A stretch of DNA of 64,000 nucleotides, from NCBI GenBank assembly GCA_963705305.1, contig OY970067.1, positions 3,008,001-3,072,000 of the forward strand, in the 5' to 3' direction. Of this stretch, positions 47,583-57,801 are shown piece after piece. The DNA is from an uncultured Methylomirabilota bacterium. GTDB taxonomy: Bacteria > Methylomirabilota > Methylomirabilia > Methylomirabilales > 2-02-FULL-66-22. The first letter of the stretch is position 1, and each line of letters starts with the position of its first letter. The notes beneath the pieces were generated by a model. The model was given only the letters and a program-made list of their open reading frames with translations, was not told the DNA's origin and made no database searches. The position numbers and the translations under genes were made by a program.

Positions 47583-50500
47583 GGATCGATCTCTTCATCC
47601 GCCGCCCGATCATGACCACGCTGGCCATGGCGGGTATCCTCTGCTTCGGCTTCATGGCCTACCGGCTCTTGCCCGTGAGCGACCTGCCCAACGTGGACTT
47701 TCCGACGATCCTCGTTTCGGCGAGCCTCCCAGGGGCCAGCCCCGAGACCATGGCGTCGGCCGTGGCCACGCCGCTGGAGAAGCAGTTCTCGACCATCGCT
47801 GGCATCGACTCCATGACCTCCAGCAGCGCCATGGGGCTGACGCAGGTCACGCTGCAGTTCTCCCTGGAACGGAACATCGATGCCGCCGCCCAGGATGTGC
47901 AGGCCGCCATCGCCACGGCGGGGAAGAATCTGCCCCCCGACATGCCCACGCCGCCCTCCTACCAGAAAGTGAACCCGGCCGACCAGCCCATCTTCTACCT
48001 GGCCCTGACCTCGCCGACCCTGCCCCTCTACCAGGTGGACGAGTACGCAGAGACCCTCATGGGCCAGCGGATCTCCATGATCAGCGGGGTGGCGCAGGTC
48101 CAGGTGTACGGATCGCAGCAGTACGCCGTCCGCGTCCAGGTGGACCCCACGGCCCTGGCCGCACGGGGCATCGGGATCGACGAGGTCCAGCAGGCCGTCG
48201 CCCAGCAGAACGTGAATCAGCCCACGGGCACCCTGGAGGGGCCGCACCGGGCCTTCACGGTCCAGGCGACAGGGCAATTGATGAACGCCGCGGCCTTCCG
48301 CCCGCTCATCGTGACCTACCGGGGGGGTGCTCCGGTGCGCCTGGAGGAGCTGGGCCAGGTCCTCGACAGCGTCCAGAACGACCAGGTGGCAAGCTGGTAC
48401 AACAACCGGCGGGCCATCGTGTTGGCCATTCAGCGGCAGCCCGGCACCAACACCATCGAGGTGGTGAACGCCATTAAGGCGCTGCTCCCCGCGCTGCAGG
48501 CGCAGATCCCGCCGTCCGTGAACGTCCACGTGCTGTATGATCGCTCGGTATCGATCCGCGAATCGGTCCAGGACGTGCAATTCACTCTGATGCTGACGAT
48601 CTGCCTGGTCGTCCTGGTGATCTTTCTCTTTCTGCGCAATCTGTCGGCGACGATCATCCCCAGCCTGGCGGTGCCGATGTCCATCGTCGGCACCTTCGGG
48701 GTGATGTACCTGCTGGGATACACGATCGACAACCTGTCACTGATGGCGCTCACCCTCTCGGTCGGCTTCGTGGTGGACGACGCCATCGTCATGCTCGAGA
48801 ACATCGTACGCCACATGGAGGCCGGGAAGAGCCGGCTGCAGGCCTCCCTCGACGGGGCCAAGGAGATCGGCTTTACCATCCTGTCCATGACGCTCTCCTT
48901 GGCGGCCGTCTTCCTCCCGGTGCTGTTCATGGGGGGGGTGGTGGGACGACTGCTGCACGAGTTTGCCGTCACCATCGGGGCCGCCGTGCTGGTGTCCGGC
49001 GTCATCTCGTTGACCCTCACCCCCATGGCCTGCAGCCGCTTCCTGCGGCCGCCGACCGAATCGCACGGGCGACTGTACGTCCGCTCGGAGCGGGTGTTCG
49101 ACGGGATGCGGGATCTGTATGCGCGGACCCTGCGCCGGGTCATGGCGCACCCGCGGAGCACCGTGGCGGTCCTGCTCGTCACCGTCGGGCTCACCGGGTA
49201 CTTGTTCCTGGTCATCCCCAAGGGGTTCATTCCCAACGAGGACACGGGGCAGATCTTCGCCTTCACGGAGGCCTCCCAGGACGTCTCGTTCGACGCCATG
49301 CTGGAGCACCAGCAGGAGGCGGCGGCCATCGTCGCGCGGAACCCCGCGGTCAACAACTTCATGTCCTCCATCGGGGCGGGGGGATCCAGCCTGGTGCCGA
49401 ACATGGGGCGGATGATGATCCGGCTCAAGCCGCGCAACGAGCGGCCGGACGTGAACCAGGTCATCGCGGAGCTCCGGCCGCAACTGGCCACGGTGCCCGG
49501 TCTCAAGGTTTACCCCCAGGTCGTCCCCAGCATCCGGATCGGCGGCCACCTGACCGAAGCCCTGTACCAGTACTCGCTGCAGGATGGGGACTTGAACGAG
49601 CTGTACCACTGGGCCCCCATCCTGTTCGACAAGATCGGCAGGCTGCCGGGCTTCCAGGACGTCAACACCGATCTCCAGCTCACCAGCCCCCAGGCCATCG
49701 TCGAGATCGACCGGGACCAGGCCACCGCCCTGGGAGTCACCGCCGGCCAGATCGAAAGCGCCCTGGGGGACGCCTACGGCTCGCAGCAGGTCTCTACCAT
49801 CTACACTCCCACCAACCAGTACTGGGTCATCCTGGAGCTCCTGCCGCGGTACCAGCAAAGCCCCTCGGCCCTCCCCCTGCTATACGTCCGATCGTCCACG
49901 GGGCAGCTCGTCTCCCTGGATGCGGTCACTCGCCTGAGCCAGGGGGTCGGACCCCTCTCGGTCAATCATGTGGGCCAGCTTCCCTCCGTCACCATCTCCT
50001 TCAACCTCGCACCCGGCGTGTCCCTAGGACAGGCGGTGGCGGATATCCAGAAGCTCCAGCGCGAGCTGAACCTGCCGGCCACCCTGAGCGCCAGCTTCCA
50101 GGGCACGGCCCAGGCCTTCCAGGCGTCCCTGCAGGGACTGGGGTTGTTGGTGCTGGCGGCCATCCTGGTGATCTATCTTGTCCTGGGAATGCTCTACGAG
50201 AGCTTCATCCACCCGCTGACCATTCTCTCGGGCCTCCCCTCGGCCGGGGTGGGGGCGCTCTTGACGCTGCTCCTCTTCCGCGAAGAGCTGAACATCTACG
50301 GATTCGTCGGCATCATCATGCTGATCGGCATCGTAAAGAAGAACGCCATCATGATGATCGACTTCGCCCTGGAAGCGCAGCGGGCCGGGAAGACTCCCGG
50401 CGAGGCCATCTACGAGGGGTGCTTAATCCGCTTCCGCCCCATCATGATGACGACCATGGCGGCCCTGATGGGCACGCTGCCCATTGCCCTGGGGGTGGGG

Positions 50501-50749
50501 GCGGGGGCCGACGCACGGCGCCCGCTGGGGCTGGCCGTGGTCGGCGGCCTCCTGCTCTCCCAGCTCCTAACGCTCTACATCACGCCGGTGGTGTACCTGT
50601 ACATGGACTCGGCCCAGGCCTCGCTGGCGCCGGCATGGCAGCGCGTGCAGCGCCGCCTCCGCCGCCGGCCACCCGTCGCCGTCCCCGAATCCCAGCTGGC
50701 CGGCGGGCCCGTGCCGGCTGTCAAGCAGAGTCACATCCCCGAAATCTGA
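47579..50749 (+). CDS. RND efflux transporter (MdtB/MdtC-like)
   Basis: FIRRPIMTTL, LPNVDFPTI, GFVVDDAIVMLENI, IGIVKKNAIMMIDFA, RFRPIMMTT. Confidence 0.96.
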   Translation: MRIDLFIRRPIMTTLAMAGILCFGFMAYRLLPVSDLPNVDFPTILVSASLPGASPETMASAVATPLEKQFSTIAGIDSMTSSSAMGLTQVTLQFSLERNIDAAAQDVQAAIATAGKNLPPDMPTPPSYQKVNPADQPIFYLALTSPTLPLYQVDEYAETLMGQRISMISGVAQVQVYGSQQYAVRVQVDPTALAARGIGIDEVQQAVAQQNVNQPTGTLEGPHRAFTVQATGQLMNAAAFRPLIVTYRGGAPVRLEELGQVLDSVQNDQVASWYNNRRAIVLAIQRQPGTNTIEVVNAIKALLPALQAQIPPSVNVHVLYDRSVSIRESVQDVQFTLMLTICLVVLVIFLFLRNLSATIIPSLAVPMSIVGTFGVMYLLGYTIDNLSLMALTLSVGFVVDDAIVMLENIVRHMEAGKSRLQASLDGAKEIGFTILSMTLSLAAVFLPVLFMGGVVGRLLHEFAVTIGAAVLVSGVISLTLTPMACSRFLRPPTESHGRLYVRSERVFDGMRDLYARTLRRVMAHPRSTVAVLLVTVGLTGYLFLVIPKGFIPNEDTGQIFAFTEASQDVSFDAMLEHQQEAAAIVARNPAVNNFMSSIGAGGSSLVPNMGRMMIRLKPRNERPDVNQVIAELRPQLATVPGLKVYPQVVPSIRIGGHLTEALYQYSLQDGDLNELYHWAPILFDKIGRLPGFQDVNTDLQLTSPQAIVEIDRDQATALGVTAGQIESALGDAYGSQQVSTIYTPTNQYWVILELLPRYQQSPSALPLLYVRSSTGQLVSLDAVTRLSQGVGPLSVNHVGQLPSVTISFNLAPGVSLGQAVADIQKLQRELNLPATLSASFQGTAQAFQASLQGLGLLVLAAILVIYLVLGMLYESFIHPLTILSGLPSAGVGALLTLLLFREELNIYGFVGIIMLIGIVKKNAIMMIDFALEAQRAGKTPGEAIYEGCLIRFRPIMMTTMAALMGTLPIALGVGAGADARRPLGLAVVGGLLLSQLLTLYITPVVYLYMDSAQASLAPAWQRVQRRLRRRPPVAVPESQLAGGPVPAVKQSHIPEI

Positions 50750-50807
50750 CGCATGGCTGCGGGCGGCGGGGCGGCGGCTGCGTCCTGTCCCGCTTTGGAA
50801 AGGTCTT

Positions 50808-50910
50808 ACCGCCAAGTCGCCAAGATGGCTCTTTCCATTTCGAACTTCGAACTTCGAAATTCGATTTTCCCCGTGGCGCCATGGCGGTTCAACAGTTTCT
50901 TCGGTTCAGG
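50808..50910. repeat. Dispersed ~105-bp repeat with TTCGAA(C/A) heptamer array, copy 1
   Basis: ACCGCCAAG.CGCCAAGAT...(TTCGAAC)n...TTTCCCCGTGGCG.CAT.GCGGTTCAACAGTT..TTCGG.TCAGG; second copy at 53401-53511. Confidence 0.85.
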
Positions 50911-50911
50911 T

Positions 50912-51685
50912 CTATTCCGACATCACCCACTTGAGGTAGGCCAGGGCGCGGGAGAGCTCCTCATCGCGGGGCTCGTCCGCCTCGTATTCGAATGTAATCC
51001 AGCCGTCGTAGCCCGCCCCTCGCAGCGCCGTCAGGATCCGCGCGTAGTCCACCTCTTCTTCGGAGCCGTCCTCCGCCACCCTGCGGAACTTGGCGTGTAC
51101 GTGGGCGGCGATTTCCAGCACCTGCTCCAGCGAGCTCCAGCCGTCCACGAAGTTGCCGGTATCCACCAACGGCACCAGGTGGGGGGACTTGACCTCGTCC
51201 AGAATCTGCAGGAATGGAGGGGCGGTGGGTGTGAAAGCCCCATGGTTGTGATTCTCCAGCCCCAGTCGCACCCCGGCGTGCCGTGCGAAGGTGGCGACCT
51301 CGCGCAGGGAGTCGATCATGGCGGGCCAGCGCGCCTGACGGTCGCCCTCGGGGTATCCGGCGAAGACCCGCACCAGCGGCGCCCCCAGCTGCTCGGCCAC
51401 CTCCACCCACTGCTTGACCTTGACCACCTCGCTCTGCCGGAGAGTGGGGTCGGAGCGGCCGAAATCGTTGTGGACCCCGACGGCCACGAGCTGCAGGTTG
51501 AGGTCGCGTGCGGTGTGGCGCAGCATTTGAAGGTAGGACGGTCGGGTCTGCGGGAAATGGATGTCCTGGAGCTCCACCCCCTGGACCTTCAAGTCTGCGG
51601 CGCAGCGCGCCAGGAATTGCAGCTGGTCCATCGCCCCGAATTCGAAGGCCCGGTTGAAGCTTCCACAGATGCAGCTGAGTTTCAT
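50912..51685 (-). CDS. Sugar phosphate isomerase/epimerase (xylose-isomerase-like TIM barrel)
   Basis: GVEL, VRVFAG, LGLENHNHG, VDTGNF, HVHAK, GYDGWITFEYE. Confidence 0.9.
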   Translation of the reverse strand: MKLSCICGSFNRAFEFGAMDQLQFLARCAADLKVQGVELQDIHFPQTRPSYLQMLRHTARDLNLQLVAVGVHNDFGRSDPTLRQSEVVKVKQWVEVAEQLGAPLVRVFAGYPEGDRQARWPAMIDSLREVATFARHAGVRLGLENHNHGAFTPTAPPFLQILDEVKSPHLVPLVDTGNFVDGWSSLEQVLEIAAHVHAKFRRVAEDGSEEEVDYARILTALRGAGYDGWITFEYEADEPRDEELSRALAYLKWVMSE

Positions 51686-52611
51686 GGGATGGATCCTTTC
51701 GGCGCCGCCGCCCCGCGCAAGGTCCGAAGTACCTCGGCGTGCAGGGAACGGTTGGCGCTGCAAACAAGGCGGTACACGGCGTGGATGTCCGGGCGGAACC
51801 GCACAGGCGAGCCGTCCCAGTGGCTCACCACGCAGCCCGCACGCTCGGCGATGAAGAGGGCGGAAAAGACTTCGGTCAGGGCCTCGCTCCAGGCCAGGTA
51901 GACATCGATGCGGCCGGCGGCCACGTCGGCAAATCCAGCCGGTCCGCCGTTGGGCAGGATGCACTTGGCGTGCTGGAGGAGCGGACGGAGGAGCCTGGCC
52001 GTGGGGTAGAGAAACGACGGCTTCATCATATAGGCTTCCAGGTACGCACCCGCCACGCGCCGCGTGCGGGCCGGCCGCAGCGGGGCCCCGCGGGTCCGGC
52101 CGGCGGCCAGACGAGCCGTGCCGGCTCTGTCCGCCAGGATGGTCTCGCCCGTCACGTGGTCGATCAGGCCGGCCGCTCGCGGCTCGCCGCCCCGTCCGTA
52201 TATTCCCAGGGCGGTGAACCAGTGGGCCCGGATGCCGCGCCGGTAGAGGAGGCTCCCGTCGAACGGATCCAGGATAACGAAGACGGGATCATCGCGCAGC
52301 GGCGAGCCCGAGCCGCCGCCCGTCAGCGGAACCGATCCGGCTTCCTCGGAGAGGAGGGTTCCGCGAACCCCGGCGTGTCGAAGCGCAGCCACCACGGCGC
52401 GCTCGGCTGCCGTATCCACACCGATGACCTCCGGATCCCAGGGGCGATAGCCGGGGGAGCGTCCGGCGACCACCCTCCGTCCGCGCCCTACAGCCAGCCG
52501 ATTCACCGTCCCGTGGGCGGCCCGCAGGGCATCCAGGACGGCTGCCCCCCACGGCCGGAACGATCCATGGGTACGGCCCACCTCGGCGTCAGTGGCACTC
52601 TTTTCCTTCAC
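51682..52611 (-). CDS. Inositol monophosphatase/FBPase family protein, divergent
   Basis: VDTAAE, LSEE, ILDPFDGS, VAAGRIDVY, AERAGCVVS.WDG. Confidence 0.82.
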   Translation of the reverse strand: MKEKSATDAEVGRTHGSFRPWGAAVLDALRAAHGTVNRLAVGRGRRVVAGRSPGYRPWDPEVIGVDTAAERAVVAALRHAGVRGTLLSEEAGSVPLTGGGSGSPLRDDPVFVILDPFDGSLLYRRGIRAHWFTALGIYGRGGEPRAAGLIDHVTGETILADRAGTARLAAGRTRGAPLRPARTRRVAGAYLEAYMMKPSFLYPTARLLRPLLQHAKCILPNGGPAGFADVAAGRIDVYLAWSEALTEVFSALFIAERAGCVVSHWDGSPVRFRPDIHAVYRLVCSANRSLHAEVLRTLRGAAAPKGSIP

Positions 52612-53341
52612 GGTCTATCCCCTCGAGGAGGCGAACGATCTCGGAAACGATGTGGCCGAGGGCTCGCTCCCCCAGCGCACGGGAGATCTTGGAGGTATCC
52701 CCCCGGACGCCTGTCGGGAATTCCTCCTCGGGATGCGCCGTGATTCGGAACCGGGAGAGGCGGGGGCGGGTGACCGCCGGCACGCGATCGGTCCGGACCG
52801 CGGCCTCGGCTACGACCAGCATCTGGGAGGTCTCGATGGAGCCGGCATGGCCGTCCCTGCCCGTCAGCCCGGCCTCTTGCCGGACGGGATCCAAGAAGTC
52901 GTACGGGCCGATGGCCAGGACGCTGAGCCCGGGAACGGCGTCGACCAACGGCAGGACAGCCTCACGCAGCGCCGCCATCTGCGCCGGCTCGGCGTGGCCC
53001 GTGATCAGGGCAAGCTTCCGCCCTCCGTGCCGAACATACTCGGCTACGATCTCCCGGGCAACGGCCTGCAGGGTGGCCGGCGCGAGCGAGACGGTTCCGG
53101 GGAAATTGCGAAGGGTCCGGCAGACGCCGTAGGGGAGGGCCGGCGCCACCAGCCCGTTGACCCGGGCGGCTACCTGTACGCAGAGGTACTCCGCCTGAAG
53201 CTGATCCGTCCCCAGGGGGAGGTGGGGGCCGTGGGCTTCCACGGTCCCGAACGGCAGGAGCAGCCAGCGTCCCGCCCGCATGGCGGCAGCGAACTCGTCC
53301 TTGGTCAGCTCGGCCAGATGAATCGGGCTTTCATTCGGCAT
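52589..53341 (-). CDS. Creatininase/MftE-family amidohydrolase
   Basis: LPFGTVEAHGPHLPLGTD, FPGTVSL, DGHAGSIETS, GVRGD. Confidence 0.9.
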   Translation of the reverse strand: MPNESPIHLAELTKDEFAAAMRAGRWLLLPFGTVEAHGPHLPLGTDQLQAEYLCVQVAARVNGLVAPALPYGVCRTLRNFPGTVSLAPATLQAVAREIVAEYVRHGGRKLALITGHAEPAQMAALREAVLPLVDAVPGLSVLAIGPYDFLDPVRQEAGLTGRDGHAGSIETSQMLVVAEAAVRTDRVPAVTRPRLSRFRITAHPEEEFPTGVRGDTSKISRALGERALGHIVSEIVRLLEGIDREGKECH

Positions 53342-53400
53342 GCTTCCCTCGTCTCGCGGCGGCTCTCGTCCTGTTGCTGGCCCCGTTCCGAGAATATCTC

Positions 53401-53511
53401 ACCGCCAAGCCGCCAAGATCGCCCCTTCAATCTCGAAATTCGAACTTCGAACTTCGAAATTCGGACTTTCCCCGTGGCGTCATAGCGGTTCAACAGTTCT
53501 TTCGGATCAGG
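53401..53511. repeat. Dispersed repeat with TTCGAA heptamer array, copy 2
   Basis: Homologous to 50808-50910 with one extra heptamer. Confidence 0.85.
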
Positions 53512-53512
53512 G

Positions 53513-54589
53513 TTAATCCTTCATTGCCCAGGCCCGCACTCGCGGGAAGCGAAGGCGGACACCGGTCCCCGGCGGAAACCGCTTGCGGGCGTCGGCCTGG
53601 GCGCGAACCTCCAGGCCGGGGCCCAGGGTCAAACGGTAGTCCATGGTGTCCCCAAGGTACGTGGCCTTCTCGACGGTGGCGTTGAAGATATTCTCTCCGT
53701 CGGGGGCCTCGGCGGCGAGCAGCTCGACCTCGTTGGGCCGCAGGAACAGCAGGACCCGCTGTCCCGGGCCGACCTGGGGCAGGATCGGCGAGGCGACCTG
53801 CAGGTCGGCGACCCGGACCAGCATGGCATCTCCCCTGAGCGCCTGGACGTGCCCTTCCAGGAAATTCGAGAGGCCGATGAACTCGGCCACGAACCGGGAC
53901 CCGGGCTGCTCGTAGATCTCCTCGGGGGTCCCCAGCTGCTCCAGCCGGCCGCGGTTCATGATGGCCACCCGGTCGGAGAGGGCCAGCGCCTCCCCCTGGT
54001 CATGGGTGACATACACGGCGGTAATCCCCAGCCGGGTGACCAGCTCCTTGATCTCGAAGCGCATCTCCTCGCGCAGCTTGGCATCCAGATTGGACAGCGG
54101 CTCGTCCAGCAGGAGGACCTTGGGACGGTATACGAGCGCGCGCGCCAGCCCCACACGCTGCTGCTGCCCGCCGGAGAGCTGGCGGGGGTAGTGGTCTTTG
54201 TAGCCTTCCAGGCGCACCAGGCGCAAGGCTTCCGCCACCTGCGTGGCGCGCTGGGCTTCCGGGACGTTCCGGATCATCAGGGGGAAACCCACGTTGTCGT
54301 GCACCGTCAGATGGGGAAAGAGGGCGAAGTTCTGGAAGACCATGCCCAGCTCGCGCTGATGGGTGGGCACGTCGGTTACGTCCCGGCCGTCGATGAAGAT
54401 GCGTCCTTCGTCGGGGCGCATGTAGCCCGTGAGGCAGCGCAGGGCCGTGGTCTTGCCGCACCCGGACGGGCCCAGCAGGGTCATCAGCTCACCGCGGCGG
54501 ACGCTCAGGTTCAGACGGTCGTTGGCGACCAGAGAGCCGTACCGCTTGGTGACGTCGCGGAGCTCGATCATGGCCTCGGGCATCATCAC
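53513..54589 (-). CDS. PotA/AfuC-like ABC ATPase
   Basis: GPSGCGKTT, VFQNFALFPH, LSGGQQQR, LDEPLSNLDAKLR, TOBE tail. Confidence 0.95.
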   Translation of the reverse strand: MMMPEAMIELRDVTKRYGSLVANDRLNLSVRRGELMTLLGPSGCGKTTALRCLTGYMRPDEGRIFIDGRDVTDVPTHQRELGMVFQNFALFPHLTVHDNVGFPLMIRNVPEAQRATQVAEALRLVRLEGYKDHYPRQLSGGQQQRVGLARALVYRPKVLLLDEPLSNLDAKLREEMRFEIKELVTRLGITAVYVTHDQGEALALSDRVAIMNRGRLEQLGTPEEIYEQPGSRFVAEFIGLSNFLEGHVQALRGDAMLVRVADLQVASPILPQVGPGQRVLLFLRPNEVELLAAEAPDGENIFNATVEKATYLGDTMDYRLTLGPGLEVRAQADARKRFPPGTGVRLRFPRVRAWAMKD

Positions 54590-55422
54590 ACTCCCTTGAA
54601 CCCCCCGACCAGCTTCTCCGGCTCAGCCCGCCGCTGGATCATGGCCAGGATCAGGATCGACGGGATGACCATGATCACCGCCATGGCGCTGGTGATCTCC
54701 CAGTAGCCGTCGCCGATGGCGAGGTACGTCCGCACCGGCAGCGTGACGGTGTGCGGCCCGTAGGTCATCAGCGTAAGGGTGAACTCGTTGTAGGAATGGG
54801 TGAAGGAGAAGATCATGGAGGCCAGGATCCCGGGCATGATCAGGGGCAGCACCACGTGGAAGAAGCGCTTGACGGTGTTGGCCCCGCAGACGCCGGCCGC
54901 TTCCAGCACCCGTTCGTCCAGCCCCTCGAAGGTGGCCGCAAGCACCAGGATGGAATAGGGGGCGCAGACCGAGACGTGCGCCAGGGCCACGCCCAGGTAG
55001 GTGTCCACCAGCTCCAGGGTATAGAAGATCTTGGCCACGCCCAGCGCGTAGGTGATGGGAGGGATCATTCGGGGCAGCAGGACAATGGCCATGAGCACCT
55101 CCTTGCCCGGCAGGTGGCGCCGGCCGAACGCCCAGCCGGCGAAAATGCCGATGGCGGTGCTGATGGCCACGGCGATGATCCCGATGATCAGGGTATTCTT
55201 CATCACCTCCGGGATGTTTCCCACCTCCACCGCCCAGCGGTACCAGTCCAGCGTGAGCTGGGGTGGGAACCACAGCCTGCCGAACCAGCCCTTCCCCACC
55301 GACCGCAGGACGATCATCAGGAAGGGGGCCACGATGAACAGGGTGAGGCTCATCAGCAGGGTGTAGCCGAGGATCAGCCGGCCGTCCCAGATGCCCCGCA
55401 GGTATGCCCTGGCCAGCCTCAC
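54586..55422 (-). CDS. PotC-like ABC permease
   Basis: TLDWY, EAAGVCGA (EAA loop), LPLIMPGI, TLPV; GTG start overlapping the upstream stop. Confidence 0.9.
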   Translation of the reverse strand: MRLARAYLRGIWDGRLILGYTLLMSLTLFIVAPFLMIVLRSVGKGWFGRLWFPPQLTLDWYRWAVEVGNIPEVMKNTLIIGIIAVAISTAIGIFAGWAFGRRHLPGKEVLMAIVLLPRMIPPITYALGVAKIFYTLELVDTYLGVALAHVSVCAPYSILVLAATFEGLDERVLEAAGVCGANTVKRFFHVVLPLIMPGILASMIFSFTHSYNEFTLTLMTYGPHTVTLPVRTYLAIGDGYWEITSAMAVIMVIPSILILAMIQRRAEPEKLVGGFKGV

Positions 55423-56279
55423 TTGGCCCCCCCCATACGGCGGAGGAACCGCATGTAGATCACCAGGAAAGCGACCTGCAGGACCCCCATGACGATGGCG
55501 ATGGCGCTGGCGCCCGACCAGTGGGCCGGGATGGGCACCGAGACCTCCTTGTAGATCTCGACCGAGAGCGGGCGGTAGTTCCCCCCCGCAATCAGGGGGA
55601 CGCTGAAGGCCCCGAAGGCCACCATGAAGGTGAGGACCGAGCCGGCCAGGATGCCGGGGGTGATGAGCGGCAGCACGATGTGCCGCAACACCTGCCAGCG
55701 CGTGGCCCCCGAGACGGCGCCGGCCTCCTCGATGCCGCGGTCCAGGGACTCCAGGGCCGACAATGTGGTCACACAGGTGTAGGGGAAGTACAGCCAGACG
55801 TAGTACATGGTGAGGCCCTGGATCGTGTAGTTGACCTCCAGGGGCCGGGTGATCCCGGGCACGAATTGCATTAAAAAGAGATTGAACCAGCCCCGCGTTC
55901 CGAAGAAGAGCAAGAGGCCCAGGGCGCCGATCAGACCGGGCACCACCAGGGGGACGAGGACGACCAGGCGGTAGTACCGGTGCCCCCGCACCTTCTCCCG
56001 CAAGACGAGGGCCAGCGGGACGCTGAGGATAATGGAGAACGCGGTGGCGCCCACTGCCAGGATGAAGGTCAGCAGGATGACCCAGCGGCCGTCGGGGTCC
56101 CTGAGGAAGTGAGCGTAATTCTGGAGGGTCCAGCCCAGCGTCTGCCCCTCTGGGCGGAAGCTCAAGATCAGGGTGAGGAGCATGGGGTAGAAGAACAGGC
56201 CGAAGAATCCGACCAAAGCCGGCAAGAGCAAGAAGAAGGTGACGGCCTTCGCGGAGTGTCGGCGCCAGAGTCCTGTCAT
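55419..56279 (-). CDS. PotB-like ABC permease
   Basis: TLQNY, PLVVPG, EEAGAVSGA, LPLITPGI. Confidence 0.92.
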   Translation of the reverse strand: MTGLWRRHSAKAVTFFLLLPALVGFFGLFFYPMLLTLILSFRPEGQTLGWTLQNYAHFLRDPDGRWVILLTFILAVGATAFSIILSVPLALVLREKVRGHRYYRLVVLVPLVVPGLIGALGLLLFFGTRGWFNLFLMQFVPGITRPLEVNYTIQGLTMYYVWLYFPYTCVTTLSALESLDRGIEEAGAVSGATRWQVLRHIVLPLITPGILAGSVLTFMVAFGAFSVPLIAGGNYRPLSVEIYKEVSVPIPAHWSGASAIAIVMGVLQVAFLVIYMRFLRRMGGAK

Positions 56280-56365
56280 CCCGTCGTCCCTGCCGCGCGA
56301 TGGGCGGGGACGGTTCGGGCCCGCCCCCCGCCCTGTGGCGGTTCATGGCCACGCCGGCTTGGCCG

Positions 56366-57511
56366 CTACGGAATCAGCTCCTTGGCGTGGTCCTTGATGT
56401 AGTCGATCATGTCCTTGCGGATGAGGCGGCGCGAGATAGCGGTCTTCTCCAGCTCGCTCAGCTTGGGCACGATCTCCCACACGATCGGGGGCGCCTGATC
56501 CGTGATGTCGGTCCCCGGGTACTGCCACATGGTGGTCAGCAGCCGGATCTGCTGGTCGTCGGAGAGGAGGTAGTTTACGACCTTCAGGGCCACCTCTTTA
56601 TACTCCGGCGGGATGTTGGCCGGGATGGCGAGGTACGCCGTCCCGATCTCGTCCGCGCCCTCCTCGGGATAGACGGCCTTGATGGTGGGCGGCATGGTGC
56701 CCTGGTGGGCCGACCACAAGGAGTAGTCCTGGGCGTAAAGCGAAATCCAGGTGTCGCCGGCGTTGAAGTCCTCGAACATGTTGGGCGGCTCTGCCGGCAG
56801 CGGAAGCTTGGCATAGCCGGTGAAGTCGATCAGCTTTTTCCACGCATCCTGGAAGGTGGGATCCTTGATCAGCTGGCCGATAGGCTCCGCCATCTTCTCT
56901 CCCAGGAAGGCGTGCAAGAAGACGAGGCGCTGCCGCCAGGCGGAGCTGGACTTAGCGTCGGCCCGGATCAGCCCGATGTGCCCCTTGAGCTCGGCCCGGC
57001 GATTGTAGAACTCGTGCCAGGACTTGGGCGGGGTCTTGATGTATTGGCTGTTGTAAATCAGGGCGTAGGACGTCCGCCAGTACAGCGCACCTTTGCCCTG
57101 GAGATCCACCCCCTCATCGGACTTCAGGTACTGCGCCGGAACCTTGGCCAGGTTGGGCACGTTGCCGGTCGTGAGCGTCTCCAGCGGAACCCCCGAGGTC
57201 ACCCAGGTGGCGGTGGACTTCGGGAACAGGACGTGGACGTCGCCCTGCCCCGGCTTCCAGGCCTTGGCTTTCTCGATCTGCTCGGTGTCCTTGGTGACCA
57301 GGTACTTGAGGTTCACCCCCAGCGCCTGTTTGACCGCCGGGATGACGTACTTCTGCCAGTAGGCCTGAAAATTCGCCCCGGACTGGCTGTCGGCGATCAC
57401 CAGCTCGGTGGGTATGGAGGCCGCCGCAGCGGGCGCGGGGACGGCCATCCCGCCTAGCACCACCACGGAGGCGAAGAGCAGTACCGTCAGTGTGCATAGC
57501 CGGGTCTTCAT
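56366..57511 (-). CDS. Extracellular solute-binding protein (PotD/SBP_bac_8-like)
   Basis: Sec signal, VPNL, LIYN, PPKSW, YLAIPAN, VVNYLLS..QQ. Confidence 0.88.
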   Translation of the reverse strand: MKTRLCTLTVLLFASVVVLGGMAVPAPAAAASIPTELVIADSQSGANFQAYWQKYVIPAVKQALGVNLKYLVTKDTEQIEKAKAWKPGQGDVHVLFPKSTATWVTSGVPLETLTTGNVPNLAKVPAQYLKSDEGVDLQGKGALYWRTSYALIYNSQYIKTPPKSWHEFYNRRAELKGHIGLIRADAKSSSAWRQRLVFLHAFLGEKMAEPIGQLIKDPTFQDAWKKLIDFTGYAKLPLPAEPPNMFEDFNAGDTWISLYAQDYSLWSAHQGTMPPTIKAVYPEEGADEIGTAYLAIPANIPPEYKEVALKVVNYLLSDDQQIRLLTTMWQYPGTDITDQAPPIVWEIVPKLSELEKTAISRRLIRKDMIDYIKDHAKELIP

Positions 57512-57801
57512 CGTCTCTCTCCCTCCTGAATGAAATGGGAAAGTGCGATCCGCCGGTCACGCCCTCGAAATTCATACCGCGACGTTTCGGATTACCCCCT
57601 TCTCACTTCGACGGGACATCGGCTCATGAAGCCTCTCACTTCTCCCGCTCTCGGTCAAGAGCCCTCCTACGGGTCACCTCCAGCGGGTCGCCTCGCATCG
57701 CGGGTGGCTGGTCGGCCGGATAATTCGGGAGGCGTCCCCTCACATGGCCAATGGCCAATTGTCGCAATGGTGCCGCCCGAACGCGTCGGTGTGCCTGTCG
57801 G

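Noticed and set aside
50838..50865. CRISPR array in the TTCGAAC repeats
   Set aside because: 7-bp tandem units without spacers; no cas genes in the window.
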